Positions 1 through 8,635 are shown, counted from the first letter of the stretch. The stretch: 44,590 bases of DNA from a virus (IMGVR_UViG_3300030095_003360:1-44590); one strand, 5' to 3'. Program-made: numbers and translations. The notes: generated by a model not told the origin, from the sequence alone.

Positions 1-1225
1 AAGAGCACTCACTATCTGCACAGCTAGTACAGTATAATACATTCATAACATACTCAAAAGAACTTCTCCAAGATTGCATATATCTTCTTCTCTCGCTCTC
101 ATCCTTAATAGACCTCATCTTTTTTAGATTAACTGTCTCTGTAGTTTTGCATTTATTACATTGTGCAAAGAAGTAACTATCACAATCACCACATAGTAGG
201 TACATACCATAGGATTTAAAAGCTAACGCTCTATCTAGTTGTTCACTATAATAATCTATTACACTTATTATTCCTCTTGGTCTTACGCTACGTAGACAAC
301 AATCGCAATCTATCTCTATGTCGGGACTCTGATAACAGATACTACACATATAGAAAACTCCCTCTTTGGGACTTAACGTAGGGTAGTTATATCCTATGTT
401 ATCACAGTATTCACAACTATGGTATTTTATTATATCTCTACTTAATTGAGTAAGTATGTATTTCTTGTAGAGAGCTTGCCACATCTTAGATAAGTAAAAC
501 CTACTTACATAGTTTTTATCTAGCCTAGAATCCCCTTTATCTAAAAGACTATGATTCCTTATAGCATGTAGTAGAACAGTATGAATACCTCTTAATACTT
601 TATTATTAGACCTAAAGCCTATCCATTCACTATATAGAGACGCTATACTTTGTCTATCTGTACTAGTTTCAGCTTCTGTTAATAACCCACTTGGAAAGCC
701 AATCTCTGTAACACCAATAGAGTAGCTCTTGTAGGCAATATTGTTTTCAAGTTCTGATTGTGTATCTAGTGGCACGTCTCTATTTATTGCATAATTTAGA
801 TATAGTTTATAATCTCTACGATTATATCTAATACTTAAGAACCTACTATCTACATAGATTAAATCTTGTATTCTACAAGCTATTAAGAATCTATCGTCTA
901 CATGTATAGGATTTTCTAGACTCTCTATATAATCCTCTAAAGACTCATTAGATATTAAATTCGATCTAGCTTCTTTCACATTTACAAGCTCTACTAATAA
1001 TAGTAATTCATTATCAGTACTTCCAGAAATATCTCTAATATTCGGGTCTACATCTACAATCTTCACTAACCTAGATTTAGTAGTACTTAACTTGTATTGA
1101 GACTCAAGACTATAAAGACTTTTACCTAGATGCCTTTCTTTCATAGAACCCGTGTCCCAAGAAGCTTGACTACATATTCTAGCGAATCTAATATCTACTA
1201 GAACTGCTTCATTTGAATAGAACAT
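1..1225 (-). CDS. N-terminal part (408 codons, runs off the window start) of a multi-Zn-ribbon protein, probably the N-terminus of the amidoligase at the right end
   Basis: Not in the ORF track. Manual translation: ATG at 1225 with AGGAG upstream, MFYSNEAVLVDIRFARIC..., no stop down to base 1. The distal third has six CxxC motifs (CEYC, CSIC, CDCC, CGDC, CNKC, CTSC). Confidence 0.85.
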   Translation of the reverse strand, partial: MFYSNEAVLVDIRFARICSQASWDTGSMKERHLGKSLYSLESQYKLSTTKSRLVKIVDVDPNIRDISGSTDNELLLLVELVNVKEARSNLISNESLEDYIESLENPIHVDDRFLIACRIQDLIYVDSRFLSIRYNRRDYKLYLNYAINRDVPLDTQSELENNIAYKSYSIGVTEIGFPSGLLTEAETSTDRQSIASLYSEWIGFRSNNKVLRGIHTVLLHAIRNHSLLDKGDSRLDKNYVSRFYLSKMWQALYKKYILTQLSRDIIKYHSCEYCDNIGYNYPTLSPKEGVFYMCSICYQSPDIEIDCDCCLRSVRPRGIISVIDYYSEQLDRALAFKSYGMYLLCGDCDSYFFAQCNKCKTTETVNLKKMRSIKDESERRRYMQSWRSSFEYVMNVLYCTSCADSECS

Positions 1226-1355
1226 CTTTGACTCCTTTTATTATTGCTAATAGATAATCTTTATATATTGCAATAATACCTGTGTAGACAATCATTAATA
1301 GACTGATATGACTTTCTCCACAAGAGCCAACTAGATGATGAAGTAACTCTCTCAT
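1209..1355 (-). CDS. Small hypothetical membrane protein (48 aa)
   Basis: Manual translation MRELLHHLVGSCGESHISLLMIVYTGIIAIYKDYLLAIIKGVKDVLFK; strong AGGAGG RBS; overlaps the start of the next gene. Confidence 0.7.
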   Translation of the reverse strand: MRELLHHLVGSCGESHISLLMIVYTGIIAIYKDYLLAIIKGVKDVLFK

Positions 1356-1377
1356 ACTTCCTCCTATGTTGTTATTA

Positions 1378-1509
1378 TTATAAAAATGCTTTTAATAGAT
1401 GTATTATTAAATAGATAAATGCAAACGCTACTATGTAATTACCTATACATTCTATCTTGTCTAGTATATTCTCTATATACTCTATAAATCTTTTATTATT
1501 ATTTATCAT
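1378..1509 (-). CDS. Small hypothetical membrane protein (43 aa)
   Basis: Manual translation MINNNKRFIEYIENILDKIECIGNYIVAFAFIYLIIHLLKAFL; fills the gap between neighbours; hydrophobic C-terminus. Confidence 0.55.
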   Translation of the reverse strand: MINNNKRFIEYIENILDKIECIGNYIVAFAFIYLIIHLLKAFL

Positions 1510-1516
1510 TTTCTTA

Positions 1517-1822
1517 CTACTTAGAATAACTAAATATATTTTGAGGATTTTCTACCTTATATCTCTCTACTTCATCTCCTTTAAATCCAAAAGAGTATCT
1601 ATCTTTACTAGATACTACTAGAGTCTCACATATTCTACCATCTCCTTCCTTCTCTACAAAGCAACCATGTCTACAATATTTCTCTAAATTGTAACCTTGC
1701 TCATTATCTCTATCATAACTTAGTATAAAAACTGTTTTCTCTACTTCGTTAAATATAGCCATAGTAGTCCATACAGAATCTATTAGTCTATGAGTTAATA
1801 ACTCTACTTTACCTTTACTCAT
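1517..1822 (-). CDS. Hypothetical early protein
   Basis: 101-aa ORF with AAGGAGGT RBS. Confidence 0.75.
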   Translation of the reverse strand: MSKGKVELLTHRLIDSVWTTMAIFNEVEKTVFILSYDRDNEQGYNLEKYCRHGCFVEKEGDGRICETLVVSSKDRYSFGFKGDEVERYKVENPQNIFSYSK

Positions 1823-1864
1823 TCTATTACCTCCTTAATAGGTAGTGTTTGTTGTTATGAAATT

Positions 1865-2299
1865 TTATCCTATACCTTTATTACTACTAGAAGCATATCT
1901 AGTTCTATCAAAAATCCTAGTATCTATCTTTTTCTTACTAGATTTATACTTACTATCTACTACCATTCTTCTACGTATATTTTTCATTCTCTTAACAGTA
2001 TTCTCTCGAATTTGTATATCCTCGAACTTTTTTAGTAGAACGGCTTTACCTAGACCAAAACTTAATTTAGTTTTAGTTTCGTTCTCTATTACTACAATAG
2101 CTGTATTATGTTTTATAGCTAAATTATAAAATTTCTCTATAAAATCCCAACACTCTATATAATTTTTATATAGAATTGGTTTGCCATGCACAGTAGCAAC
2201 TGAGAACTTGTCTTTATTTCTACGTAAATTAATATAGATAATTTCTTTTTCTTCTATATTATCAACAGTAGAAACAAATATTTCTCTATTAACTATCAT
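1865..2299 (-). CDS. Hypothetical early protein, basic C-terminus
   Basis: 144-aa ORF, AAGGGA RBS, same orientation as its neighbours. Confidence 0.7.
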   Translation of the reverse strand: MIVNREIFVSTVDNIEEKEIIYINLRRNKDKFSVATVHGKPILYKNYIECWDFIEKFYNLAIKHNTAIVVIENETKTKLSFGLGKAVLLKKFEDIQIRENTVKRMKNIRRRMVVDSKYKSSKKKIDTRIFDRTRYASSSNKGIG

Positions 2300-2352
2300 G
2301 TATATCCCTTTTATTATATTACTTATTATTACTTAAAAAAAAAATACTACTT

Positions 2353-2418
2353 AAAAAAAAAATATAGAGAGAGTTTCTTTATAATGTACTACTAAGTACA
2401 TTTAGAAACCCTCTCTAT
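2353..2418 (-). terminator. Intrinsic terminator after the 2429-2839 gene
   Basis: Long stem ATAGAGAG..GTTTCT / AGAAAC..CTCTCTAT with inner ATGTACT/AGTACAT, followed on the - strand by a run of about 10 T. Confidence 0.7.
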
Positions 2419-2428
2419 TTTATAGTGA

Positions 2429-2839
2429 CTATACAGATTTATTGCTCTCTACTTTTTCACTATTCCAATTTAGATTTACTAGCTTGAAATTGTAACCGAT
2501 TAATTTACCTATCAATTTCATAGATTGTTTATTGTTATTAAGAAAATTAACAGTCTTAACTAGAGATTCTAACTTGTTAGAAATTTTATCTAGGTTTTTA
2601 ATGCTAGATAATTTTTCGTTATTACTAGTAATCGCGTTTATCATCTCTAAGGCTTTATTTGCTCTAGTACCTTTGATAAGATTCATACTAGCGTGTCTAT
2701 CAATTTCTTTTTCTATGAATTCATTTAGAGTAATTCCACTATCTTGAATAAATGGCATAGAGTTAAACATTAACTTCGATTCTTCTGTTATTGTTTCTAT
2801 TGATTTTCTAACTAGGTTAGATTTTTTATTATTTGACAT
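2429..2839 (-). CDS. Hypothetical protein, first gene after the 3030-3058 promoter
   Basis: 136-aa ORF with AAGGA RBS. Confidence 0.75.
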   Translation of the reverse strand: MSNNKKSNLVRKSIETITEESKLMFNSMPFIQDSGITLNEFIEKEIDRHASMNLIKGTRANKALEMINAITSNNEKLSSIKNLDKISNKLESLVKTVNFLNNNKQSMKLIGKLIGYNFKLVNLNWNSEKVESNKSV

Positions 2840-3029
2840 TTGCTTTTCCTTTGTTGTTATTATAAAAATCTTTAATTAAAAAAAAAGGGGAACCTTTTCC
2901 AATATTCGTATTTTCCTTTTTTCACCACATTTAAAAACCTGATTCAATCTTACTATATAACAGATTTAAAAACTAGCTTGGAAATCCTTCCGAGTAAGTT
3001 CATTACCACATTGTCAAAAAACGTGATAT

Positions 3030-3058
3030 AAGATACAACTAAATATAATACCATGCAA
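3030..3058 (-). promoter_or_regulatory. Sigma70-like promoter TTGCAT-17-TATCTT
   Basis: Matches the consensus CCTTGCWT-N17/18-TAnnTT shared by six intergenic sites. Confidence 0.6.
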
Positions 3059-3185
3059 GGGAAAAGATTATAAAAAATTTGAGGGGTGTTAATAACCTAG
3101 TTTATAATGAATAAGACTATGCTTTTAATACTGTATAAGGCTCTAGTTTCGCGTATATGGACGGCTTTTTTAGAGGGTGTGACGC

Positions 3186-3212
3186 GTAAGTTATTGATTT
3201 TATTGAACTTAC
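3186..3212. promoter_or_regulatory. IHF-consensus site inside an inverted repeat
   Basis: GTAAGTT-13-AACTTAC; 3187-3199 reads AATCAATAACTTA on the - strand, matching WATCAANNNNTTR. Confidence 0.55.
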
Positions 3213-3532
3213 ACTTTAAAGCTGGGTGTATATCGCCTAAAAATAAAAGTGGCTTTAAGGTACCATATAGAGTCAAATAAGGGTATATGATTTTTGGCGA
3301 AATTGCTAGATCTAAGTGTAATTTTGGGCAAGTTAAAAAACTTGGTAGAGTCTAGCTTTACTCTATTGTTTTATTATTAGTCTAGCAAAATTTAGTAGAC
3401 TGATTTTTATCTATGGATTTTTTTATCTACCTAGAATTTCCGAGAATTTCAACTAAATAGACAAATCCTAACTAGGAAACGGGTACGCCCCCATCGCGCA
3501 AATAAGGCTCACACGCAATCTTAGGCATTTTT

Positions 3533-3766
3533 TTAGGAATAGGTGTGCATACCGCCTATAAATTCGTCCATATCTACAATTTCCAGCTCATCTGAGTTTT
3601 GTAGTCTATTGACTATCTCTGCCAGTTCTCCTATTATTTTACTACTAGGGTCTAATATGTCTACTATTTCAAGATTATTGGCTAATTTGATAGCTTCGTT
3701 AATATTTGTGTTAGTGCTATTATCGCTATAAAAGTTGTTTAATGCCTTATCTAGTCTAGTTTTCAT
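3533..3766 (-). CDS. Hypothetical acidic protein with its own promoter
   Basis: 77-aa ORF, AAGGT RBS, promoter at 3790-3819. Confidence 0.65.
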   Translation of the reverse strand: MKTRLDKALNNFYSDNSTNTNINEAIKLANNLEIVDILDPSSKIIGELAEIVNRLQNSDELEIVDMDEFIGGMHTYS

Positions 3767-3789
3767 TTTCTCAACCTTTTTGATAACTC

Positions 3790-3819
3790 AACTTACTAAT
3801 GAATCGGTAATTAAAGCAA
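3790..3819 (-). promoter_or_regulatory. Promoter TTGCTT-18-TAAGTT
   Basis: Consensus match directly upstream of the 3766 start codon. Confidence 0.6.
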
Positions 3820-3939
3820 GGGTTTTTAAAATATATTGTAATTTTTTTTTAAAGTAACTAGGTGTGGCAACTTATAATACCTCTATTTGGCTTTATTTTG
3901 CCTATATACGCTCGTTTTTATTAAAAGTCGAGTATTGTA

Positions 3940-4248
3940 TCAGATGTTTAGCTTTTCAGCCAATTTGGTAGGTATTTGAAGCTTATTGTCCCTAACCCTA
4001 TAATATAGGTAGTCTAGTATTTCATCTGTTGCTTCATTTCCACGTACTCCTGCTGTAGTGGTAATCTTTTCTACCTCATACTCTTTAGTCTTTATCTCTG
4101 ATTGCTCTTCCCACTTTGCACTTTTGAATAGATTGTCTAGGTTTAGCTCTTCTTCCTGTGGTAATACAGGAAGAATTGCTAAATATCCTGTCATAATTCT
4201 CTTGATACCTCTTAATATCATTTGTTCTATCCTTATCTCCTTTACCAT
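3940..4248 (-). CDS. Hypothetical protein with its own promoter
   Basis: 102-aa ORF, AAGGT RBS, promoter at 4340-4369. Confidence 0.65.
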   Translation of the reverse strand: MVKEIRIEQMILRGIKRIMTGYLAILPVLPQEEELNLDNLFKSAKWEEQSEIKTKEYEVEKITTTAGVRGNEATDEILDYLYYRVRDNKLQIPTKLAEKLNI

Positions 4249-4339
4249 TCATAACCTTTCTTTCTTTTTATATTACGTTAGTAATATATTTCTTTCTTTT
4301 ACTTAGTAAGCTTAGTAGTTCTATGGCTTAGCCCCATAC

Positions 4340-4369
4340 AATATACTAAGAAAGTAGGGGTAAAAGCAA
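4340..4369 (-). promoter_or_regulatory. Leftward promoter TTGCTT-18-TATATT
   Basis: Consensus match; back-to-back with the rightward promoter. Confidence 0.6.
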
Positions 4370-4410
4370 GGACTTTCTTAAAATAAATATATAAGTTTAT
4401 ATATTAATGT

Positions 4411-4450
4411 AAAATATTCCTTGCATCGTTTATTTATAAATGTTTAAATT
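4411..4450 (+). promoter_or_regulatory. Rightward promoter AAAATATTCC-TTGCAT-18-TAAATT for the packaging operon
   Basis: Consensus match; the 14-mer AAAATATTCCTTGC recurs exactly at 8634 (+) and 41173 (-). Confidence 0.65.
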
Positions 4451-4462
4451 TATATAGAGAAT

Positions 4463-4696
4463 ATGACTAAGATATTAAATATTGCTAGGCAGCATTGTGC
4501 GAATTGGGATGCGGGTAAATGTATAGGGTGTGTATTCAATCGCAAAAATGAAAAGCTTTTTGTATCCTTAGACTCTAAACTAAAAGGTAAGTCTTGTTTA
4601 GTAGAAAAAGGATGTGATTATTTTGAATCTGTTGTCATACCGGGAATTGCTGATGAAGATATTAAGAAGTCAGCGCAACTATTAAGAAAAATATAG
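4463..4696 (+). CDS. Small Cys-rich (putative metal-binding) protein
   Basis: HCANW..CxxC..C..C; first gene after the promoter, nearly leaderless. Confidence 0.7.
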   Translation: MTKILNIARQHCANWDAGKCIGCVFNRKNEKLFVSLDSKLKGKSCLVEKGCDYFESVVIPGIADEDIKKSAQLLRKI

Positions 4697-4704
4697 GAGC
4701 TTAT

Positions 4705-4815
4705 ATGAAGACAGCGATTGTTATAGTAACTATGATAGCAGGTAAATTTTACTTTTTTATTGAAGCCTTGTTTGTAATTTGCCTAGTAAAGATGCTTAAA
4801 GGGGTAATGAAGTGA
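4705..4815 (+). CDS. Small hydrophobic protein (36 aa)
   Basis: Manual translation MKTAIVIVTMIAGKFYFFIEALFVICLVKMLKGVMK; AGGAG RBS; GTGA overlap with the next gene. Confidence 0.6.
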   Translation: MKTAIVIVTMIAGKFYFFIEALFVICLVKMLKGVMK

Positions 4816-5570
4816 AAAGAGCTATTGTTACCCCCGATAAGCATTTCCCATACGAAGATAAGAAAGCTATAAAGGTTCTATGTCAGGCTATTGAACTTGT
4901 AAAGCCGGAAATATATGTAGACTTGGGAGATACTGGAGAATGGGAATCTGTTTCCCATTGGCAGTGGAAAAAGAAAAAACGACCACCTTTAGAATATCAA
5001 TTACCATTTGTACATAAAGAGATAGAAGATGTTAATAAAGGTATGGACACTATAGATGCTTCGTTAAATAAGGCTAAAACTAAAATAAGACACTTTTGCG
5101 AGGGGAACCATGATGACTGGCTTAATAGATTTGTTGAAGAAAACCCATACTTGGCTAAAGAAATGCTCGTTAAAAATGCGTTGCGCCTTAAAGAGCGTGG
5201 ATACCAGTATCATAAAATCGGTAAGATGCTCAAAATTGGTAAAATTAATTTCTATCATGGTCATCATTTTGCAGGAGTTAACCACACTCGTAATCATCTC
5301 TTGCGGCTTGGCGGTAATGTTATGTATGGTCATCATCACGACATTCAGCAAAGCTCTGTTACACACATTGATGGAGTCAAGTCAGCGTGGTCAATAGGTT
5401 GCTTAAAAGATATGAGGGCAGAGGCAAATGAATGGCTGGGAAATAGGCAGCATAATTGGCAACATGCTTTTGCGATAGTAGACTTTCATAGGAATGGTAA
5501 CTTTAACGTAACAGTTCATCAAATAGTAAATGGTGTAAGTACAGTAGATGGAAAGGTTTTAAAAGCTTAG
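4812..5570 (+). CDS. Calcineurin-like metallophosphoesterase
   Basis: Motifs DxH (PDKHFP), GD, GNHD, HGH, GHHH. Confidence 0.9.
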   Translation: MKRAIVTPDKHFPYEDKKAIKVLCQAIELVKPEIYVDLGDTGEWESVSHWQWKKKKRPPLEYQLPFVHKEIEDVNKGMDTIDASLNKAKTKIRHFCEGNHDDWLNRFVEENPYLAKEMLVKNALRLKERGYQYHKIGKMLKIGKINFYHGHHFAGVNHTRNHLLRLGGNVMYGHHHDIQQSSVTHIDGVKSAWSIGCLKDMRAEANEWLGNRQHNWQHAFAIVDFHRNGNFNVTVHQIVNGVSTVDGKVLKA

Positions 5571-5578
5571 GGGGAAGG

Positions 5579-5755
5579 ATGCACAGAGAAAATGAAAAAA
5601 GATTGTTAATCACATCAATACATCAAGAGTTGCAAATAAGAATAGACTGGCTAGAAAAAGGTTTAATGGAAATAGTAAAAAGTAAAAACAAAAACGATGT
5701 AAAAAAAGAAATGATATGCAACACCGCTAAGTATTATCTAAGTAATGAAAACTAG
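5579..5755 (+). CDS. Hypothetical protein (58 aa)
   Basis: Manual translation MHRENEKRLLITSIHQELQIRIDWLEKGL...; fills the gap and overlaps the next start. Confidence 0.55.
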   Translation: MHRENEKRLLITSIHQELQIRIDWLEKGLMEIVKSKNKNDVKKEMICNTAKYYLSNEN

Positions 5756-6509
5756 AACTATTAAAAATAAAGAACATGTTCTCTATGAAAGCATAGATGA
5801 ATTTAATAAGTACGTTAAAAACACTACTGTTGTAGAAAACTGGAGAGATGGCGAAGAAAGAGAGTGGGTATTGTGTGATGATGGTCAGGTATGTATGGTT
5901 TTAAAAAGAGGAACTTTAAAAAAGAACTTAAAAAAATCTAGTGGCACTGATTATATAAGGACTGTAATAGGTTCTTTTTTGTGTAATAAAACCATGGTTA
6001 TGGAAGGGGAGATGAGAAAGAACATATATACATTTAGCCCCAGTGGTAAAACCTCATATCAGATTATTAAAGATAGAAAGAAAGCCACAAGGAACGAATT
6101 TTTATTTGCTAAGTATGTGGCTAAGGGTGAGGATATGGTAGATGCTTTTATGAGCATATACCCAACAGATAATAGAAATTATGCTGAGCGAGAAGCAAAG
6201 CTATTAATGAGAACCAAAAGGGTGAAAAGTTTGATTAGAGAAGAAATAGAAAAAATAATGAATGAGGCTGAGATAACGCCTTTATATATTTTAGAGAAAA
6301 TGAAAGATATCATCGAGTCTTCAACATCTAGAGACAGCGACAAGGTTTCACTATTAAAAGAACTAGTTGCTATTGCTGGTATGCGTGATACGGAAAAGAA
6401 ATCGGAGTCAGTTACAGTGTTTCAAGGTTTCTCTCCAGAGCAACTCGATGCTATAGGTGGTAATAATACAAAGAAATTAGCAAGCGCTAAAAGGGAAATA
6501 GAAAGCTGA
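5745..6509 (+). CDS. Putative terminase small subunit with N-terminal extension
   Basis: C-terminal half resembles TerS (F..Y..G....A....Y....A...A..LL...V...I, then oligomerisation helices); lies upstream of TerL. Confidence 0.6.
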   Translation: MKTRTIKNKEHVLYESIDEFNKYVKNTTVVENWRDGEEREWVLCDDGQVCMVLKRGTLKKNLKKSSGTDYIRTVIGSFLCNKTMVMEGEMRKNIYTFSPSGKTSYQIIKDRKKATRNEFLFAKYVAKGEDMVDAFMSIYPTDNRNYAEREAKLLMRTKRVKSLIREEIEKIMNEAEITPLYILEKMKDIIESSTSRDSDKVSLLKELVAIAGMRDTEKKSESVTVFQGFSPEQLDAIGGNNTKKLASAKREIES

Positions 6510-6718
6510 TGAATCTATATGATATAATAATGGAAGTCTTGGAACATGCGGATGAAAGTAAGATGACCTTGGATGACGAAATGTCTAGGCAAAGTATAGC
6601 TACAGAAGTATATGACCTATTTTACGAAAATCAAGTGTACTCTCCATATGTTGAAAATGGTTATATTGATAACCTTCAGGAATATTGGCATTTTAGAGAA
6701 GACTTGGATGAAGAATAG
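6509..6718 (+). CDS. Small acidic hypothetical protein
   Basis: 69-aa ORF coupled by a TGATG overlap. Confidence 0.65.
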   Translation: MNLYDIIMEVLEHADESKMTLDDEMSRQSIATEVYDLFYENQVYSPYVENGYIDNLQEYWHFREDLDEE

Positions 6719-7079
6719 TAAACTAGCTGTATACGGAACACTAAGAAATGGTAAGCGAGATACTTGGAAGGTAGATGGCTACTCATTAGTGTTTCCCGGA
6801 CATAGAGACTTTCCTGCTGCATTACCGGACAGAAAGCAGAAAGGTATGATTGTAGAAGTATTTGATGTAGATGATATAGATATGGTTTCATATGATAGAT
6901 ATGAAGGTGTAGATTCTAACTTATATCATAGAAAGATTGTTAGCGCCTACAAAGGTGAGGAAGAAGTAGAGGCGTGGATGTATATTATAGGCTCATCACT
7001 ACTTCAGTATTGTCAACTATTTGAATTAGTACCTAATAAAGACTGGATGTCTAAACAGTGCCTAAAGCTCCGAACATAA
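6708..7079 (+). CDS. Gamma-glutamylcyclotransferase (GGCT/AIG2-like)
   Basis: VYGTLR motif, D..EG motif (YDRYEG), Y.R..V, AWMY. The start is more likely ATG 6708 than 6612. Confidence 0.85.
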   Translation: MKNSKLAVYGTLRNGKRDTWKVDGYSLVFPGHRDFPAALPDRKQKGMIVEVFDVDDIDMVSYDRYEGVDSNLYHRKIVSAYKGEEEVEAWMYIIGSSLLQYCQLFELVPNKDWMSKQCLKLRT

Positions 7080-8635
7080 ATAAACACAACGTATCTGAAA
7101 AGGAAAGAGTTTTAGAACTCGCTAAGAAAGACATAGTTTCCTTTGGTCAATTATTTCTCCCTGAAGACTTTATGAAGTCTACCCCTGCCGCATATCACTA
7201 TGAATTAAACGATTTATTGCTAGACCAAAACAAAAAGAGAAATTGTATTATATTACCACGTGGTCATAGTAAGTCTACATTAGCTAAGACAGCATTATTG
7301 TATCATTTATATTTTAACCCTGAGGGCAAGAAAGAATTTATAGCTTGGGTAGCTGAAGAGCAGTCTCAAGCAATAGACCATATTAAATACATACAAAACC
7401 ATATAGAAATTAACCCGGCTTTGAATTATTATTTTGGAAATATATGTGGAAGCAAGTGGACTGAAAAAGAATTTACCACAAGTAAGGGCGATAGGATTAT
7501 AGCTAAAGGAACTTCTCAAAGACTAAGGGGTCGTTCCCAGCTTGGCTTAAGATATACAAAAATTATTCTTGACGATTTTGAATCTGAGTTAAACACAAAA
7601 ACTCCAGATAGAAGAAGAGAAATTAAAGAATGGGTGATGTCTACTGTTGAACCAGCCTTAGAAAATTCTAAAGGGAATGAAGGTTCTATCTGGCTTATTG
7701 GTACTATTGTTCATTATGATTCTTTTTTACAAAGTATTTACGATGGTTATTTAGAAGCAAAAAGAGATGAAAGAAAATATGCTTGGGATGTTATGTATCA
7801 CAAAGCTATTGATTCTGACGGTAACGTACTTTGGTCTAGTTACTTTAGTAAAGAAAAGCTTCAAGATATTAGAAGTAGATTTGAAGACGTAGGGCTTGCC
7901 CATAAGTTTGCCCAAGAATATTTAAACGAAGCTAGAGATTTAGAGAATGCTAAATTTAAAACAGATAGATTGGAATATTATGACCACGAGTTTGATAGTA
8001 GAGATGGCTATGCGTACCTAGTTAACAGCAAAGATGCTATACCTGTGAATGTATACATAGGAGTTGACTTAGCATATGAGGCATCATCTTCTAGTGATTA
8101 TCAAGTCATTATGATTATAGGAATAGATAGTAATAGAAATATATACATAATAGACTACATGAGAGAGCATATGCCTCTTTATGATATGCCTCAGCAAATA
8201 TTAGAATATGCTAGGGAATACTCACCAGTAAAAAGAGTTAATATAGAACATGTTGGAGCTCAAGGCATTATTAAAGATGCTGTTAATACAATATCCAACA
8301 AGGAAAGAAAAGTAGCTCCGGGTATAGCCCTAGGAGTTAGACCCCCAAGTGGTATTAAAAAAGAAGATAGGTTAGAGTCATTGTTAGCACCTATAGTAAA
8401 TAGGGGAAAAATGTTTATAAAAAGAAAACATACTGCATTAGTTGATGAAATGTTTCAATTCCCCAAGGGAAGAAATGATGATGTCTTAGATGGTCTTTGG
8501 TATGCTGTAAATAAATCTAGACCACCGGTCAGTAAAAAGTTTGAAGCGTCAGATTTTTTAGAAAATAAAACATCAAAACCAATTAGAGAAACTACAAAGA
8601 GAGTAATATCTTGGGTGACTGGTCAAAAAATTTAA
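7058..8635 (+). CDS. terL: Terminase large subunit
   Basis: Walker A PRGHSKST, Walker B IILDDFE, IGT coupling motif, nuclease IGVDLA, C-terminal FP.G..DD.LD. Confidence 0.95.
   Translation: MPKAPNINKHNVSEKERVLELAKKDIVSFGQLFLPEDFMKSTPAAYHYELNDLLLDQNKKRNCIILPRGHSKSTLAKTALLYHLYFNPEGKKEFIAWVAEEQSQAIDHIKYIQNHIEINPALNYYFGNICGSKWTEKEFTTSKGDRIIAKGTSQRLRGRSQLGLRYTKIILDDFESELNTKTPDRRREIKEWVMSTVEPALENSKGNEGSIWLIGTIVHYDSFLQSIYDGYLEAKRDERKYAWDVMYHKAIDSDGNVLWSSYFSKEKLQDIRSRFEDVGLAHKFAQEYLNEARDLENAKFKTDRLEYYDHEFDSRDGYAYLVNSKDAIPVNVYIGVDLAYEASSSSDYQVIMIIGIDSNRNIYIIDYMREHMPLYDMPQQILEYAREYSPVKRVNIEHVGAQGIIKDAVNTISNKERKVAPGIALGVRPPSGIKKEDRLESLLAPIVNRGKMFIKRKHTALVDEMFQFPKGRNDDVLDGLWYAVNKSRPPVSKKFEASDFLENKTSKPIRETTKRVISWVTGQKI

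Noticed and set aside
1-1516. Apparent ORF-free, CTA/TAG-rich region suggesting stop-codon recoding
   Set aside because: Manual translation shows normal open frames on the - strand. The long ORF is missing from the track only because it runs off the window, and TAG serves as a stop elsewhere.
2332-2364. Tandem TACTTAAAAAAAAAATA duplication
   Set aside because: Only two low-complexity copies next to a terminator U-tract; could be slippage or an assembly artefact.
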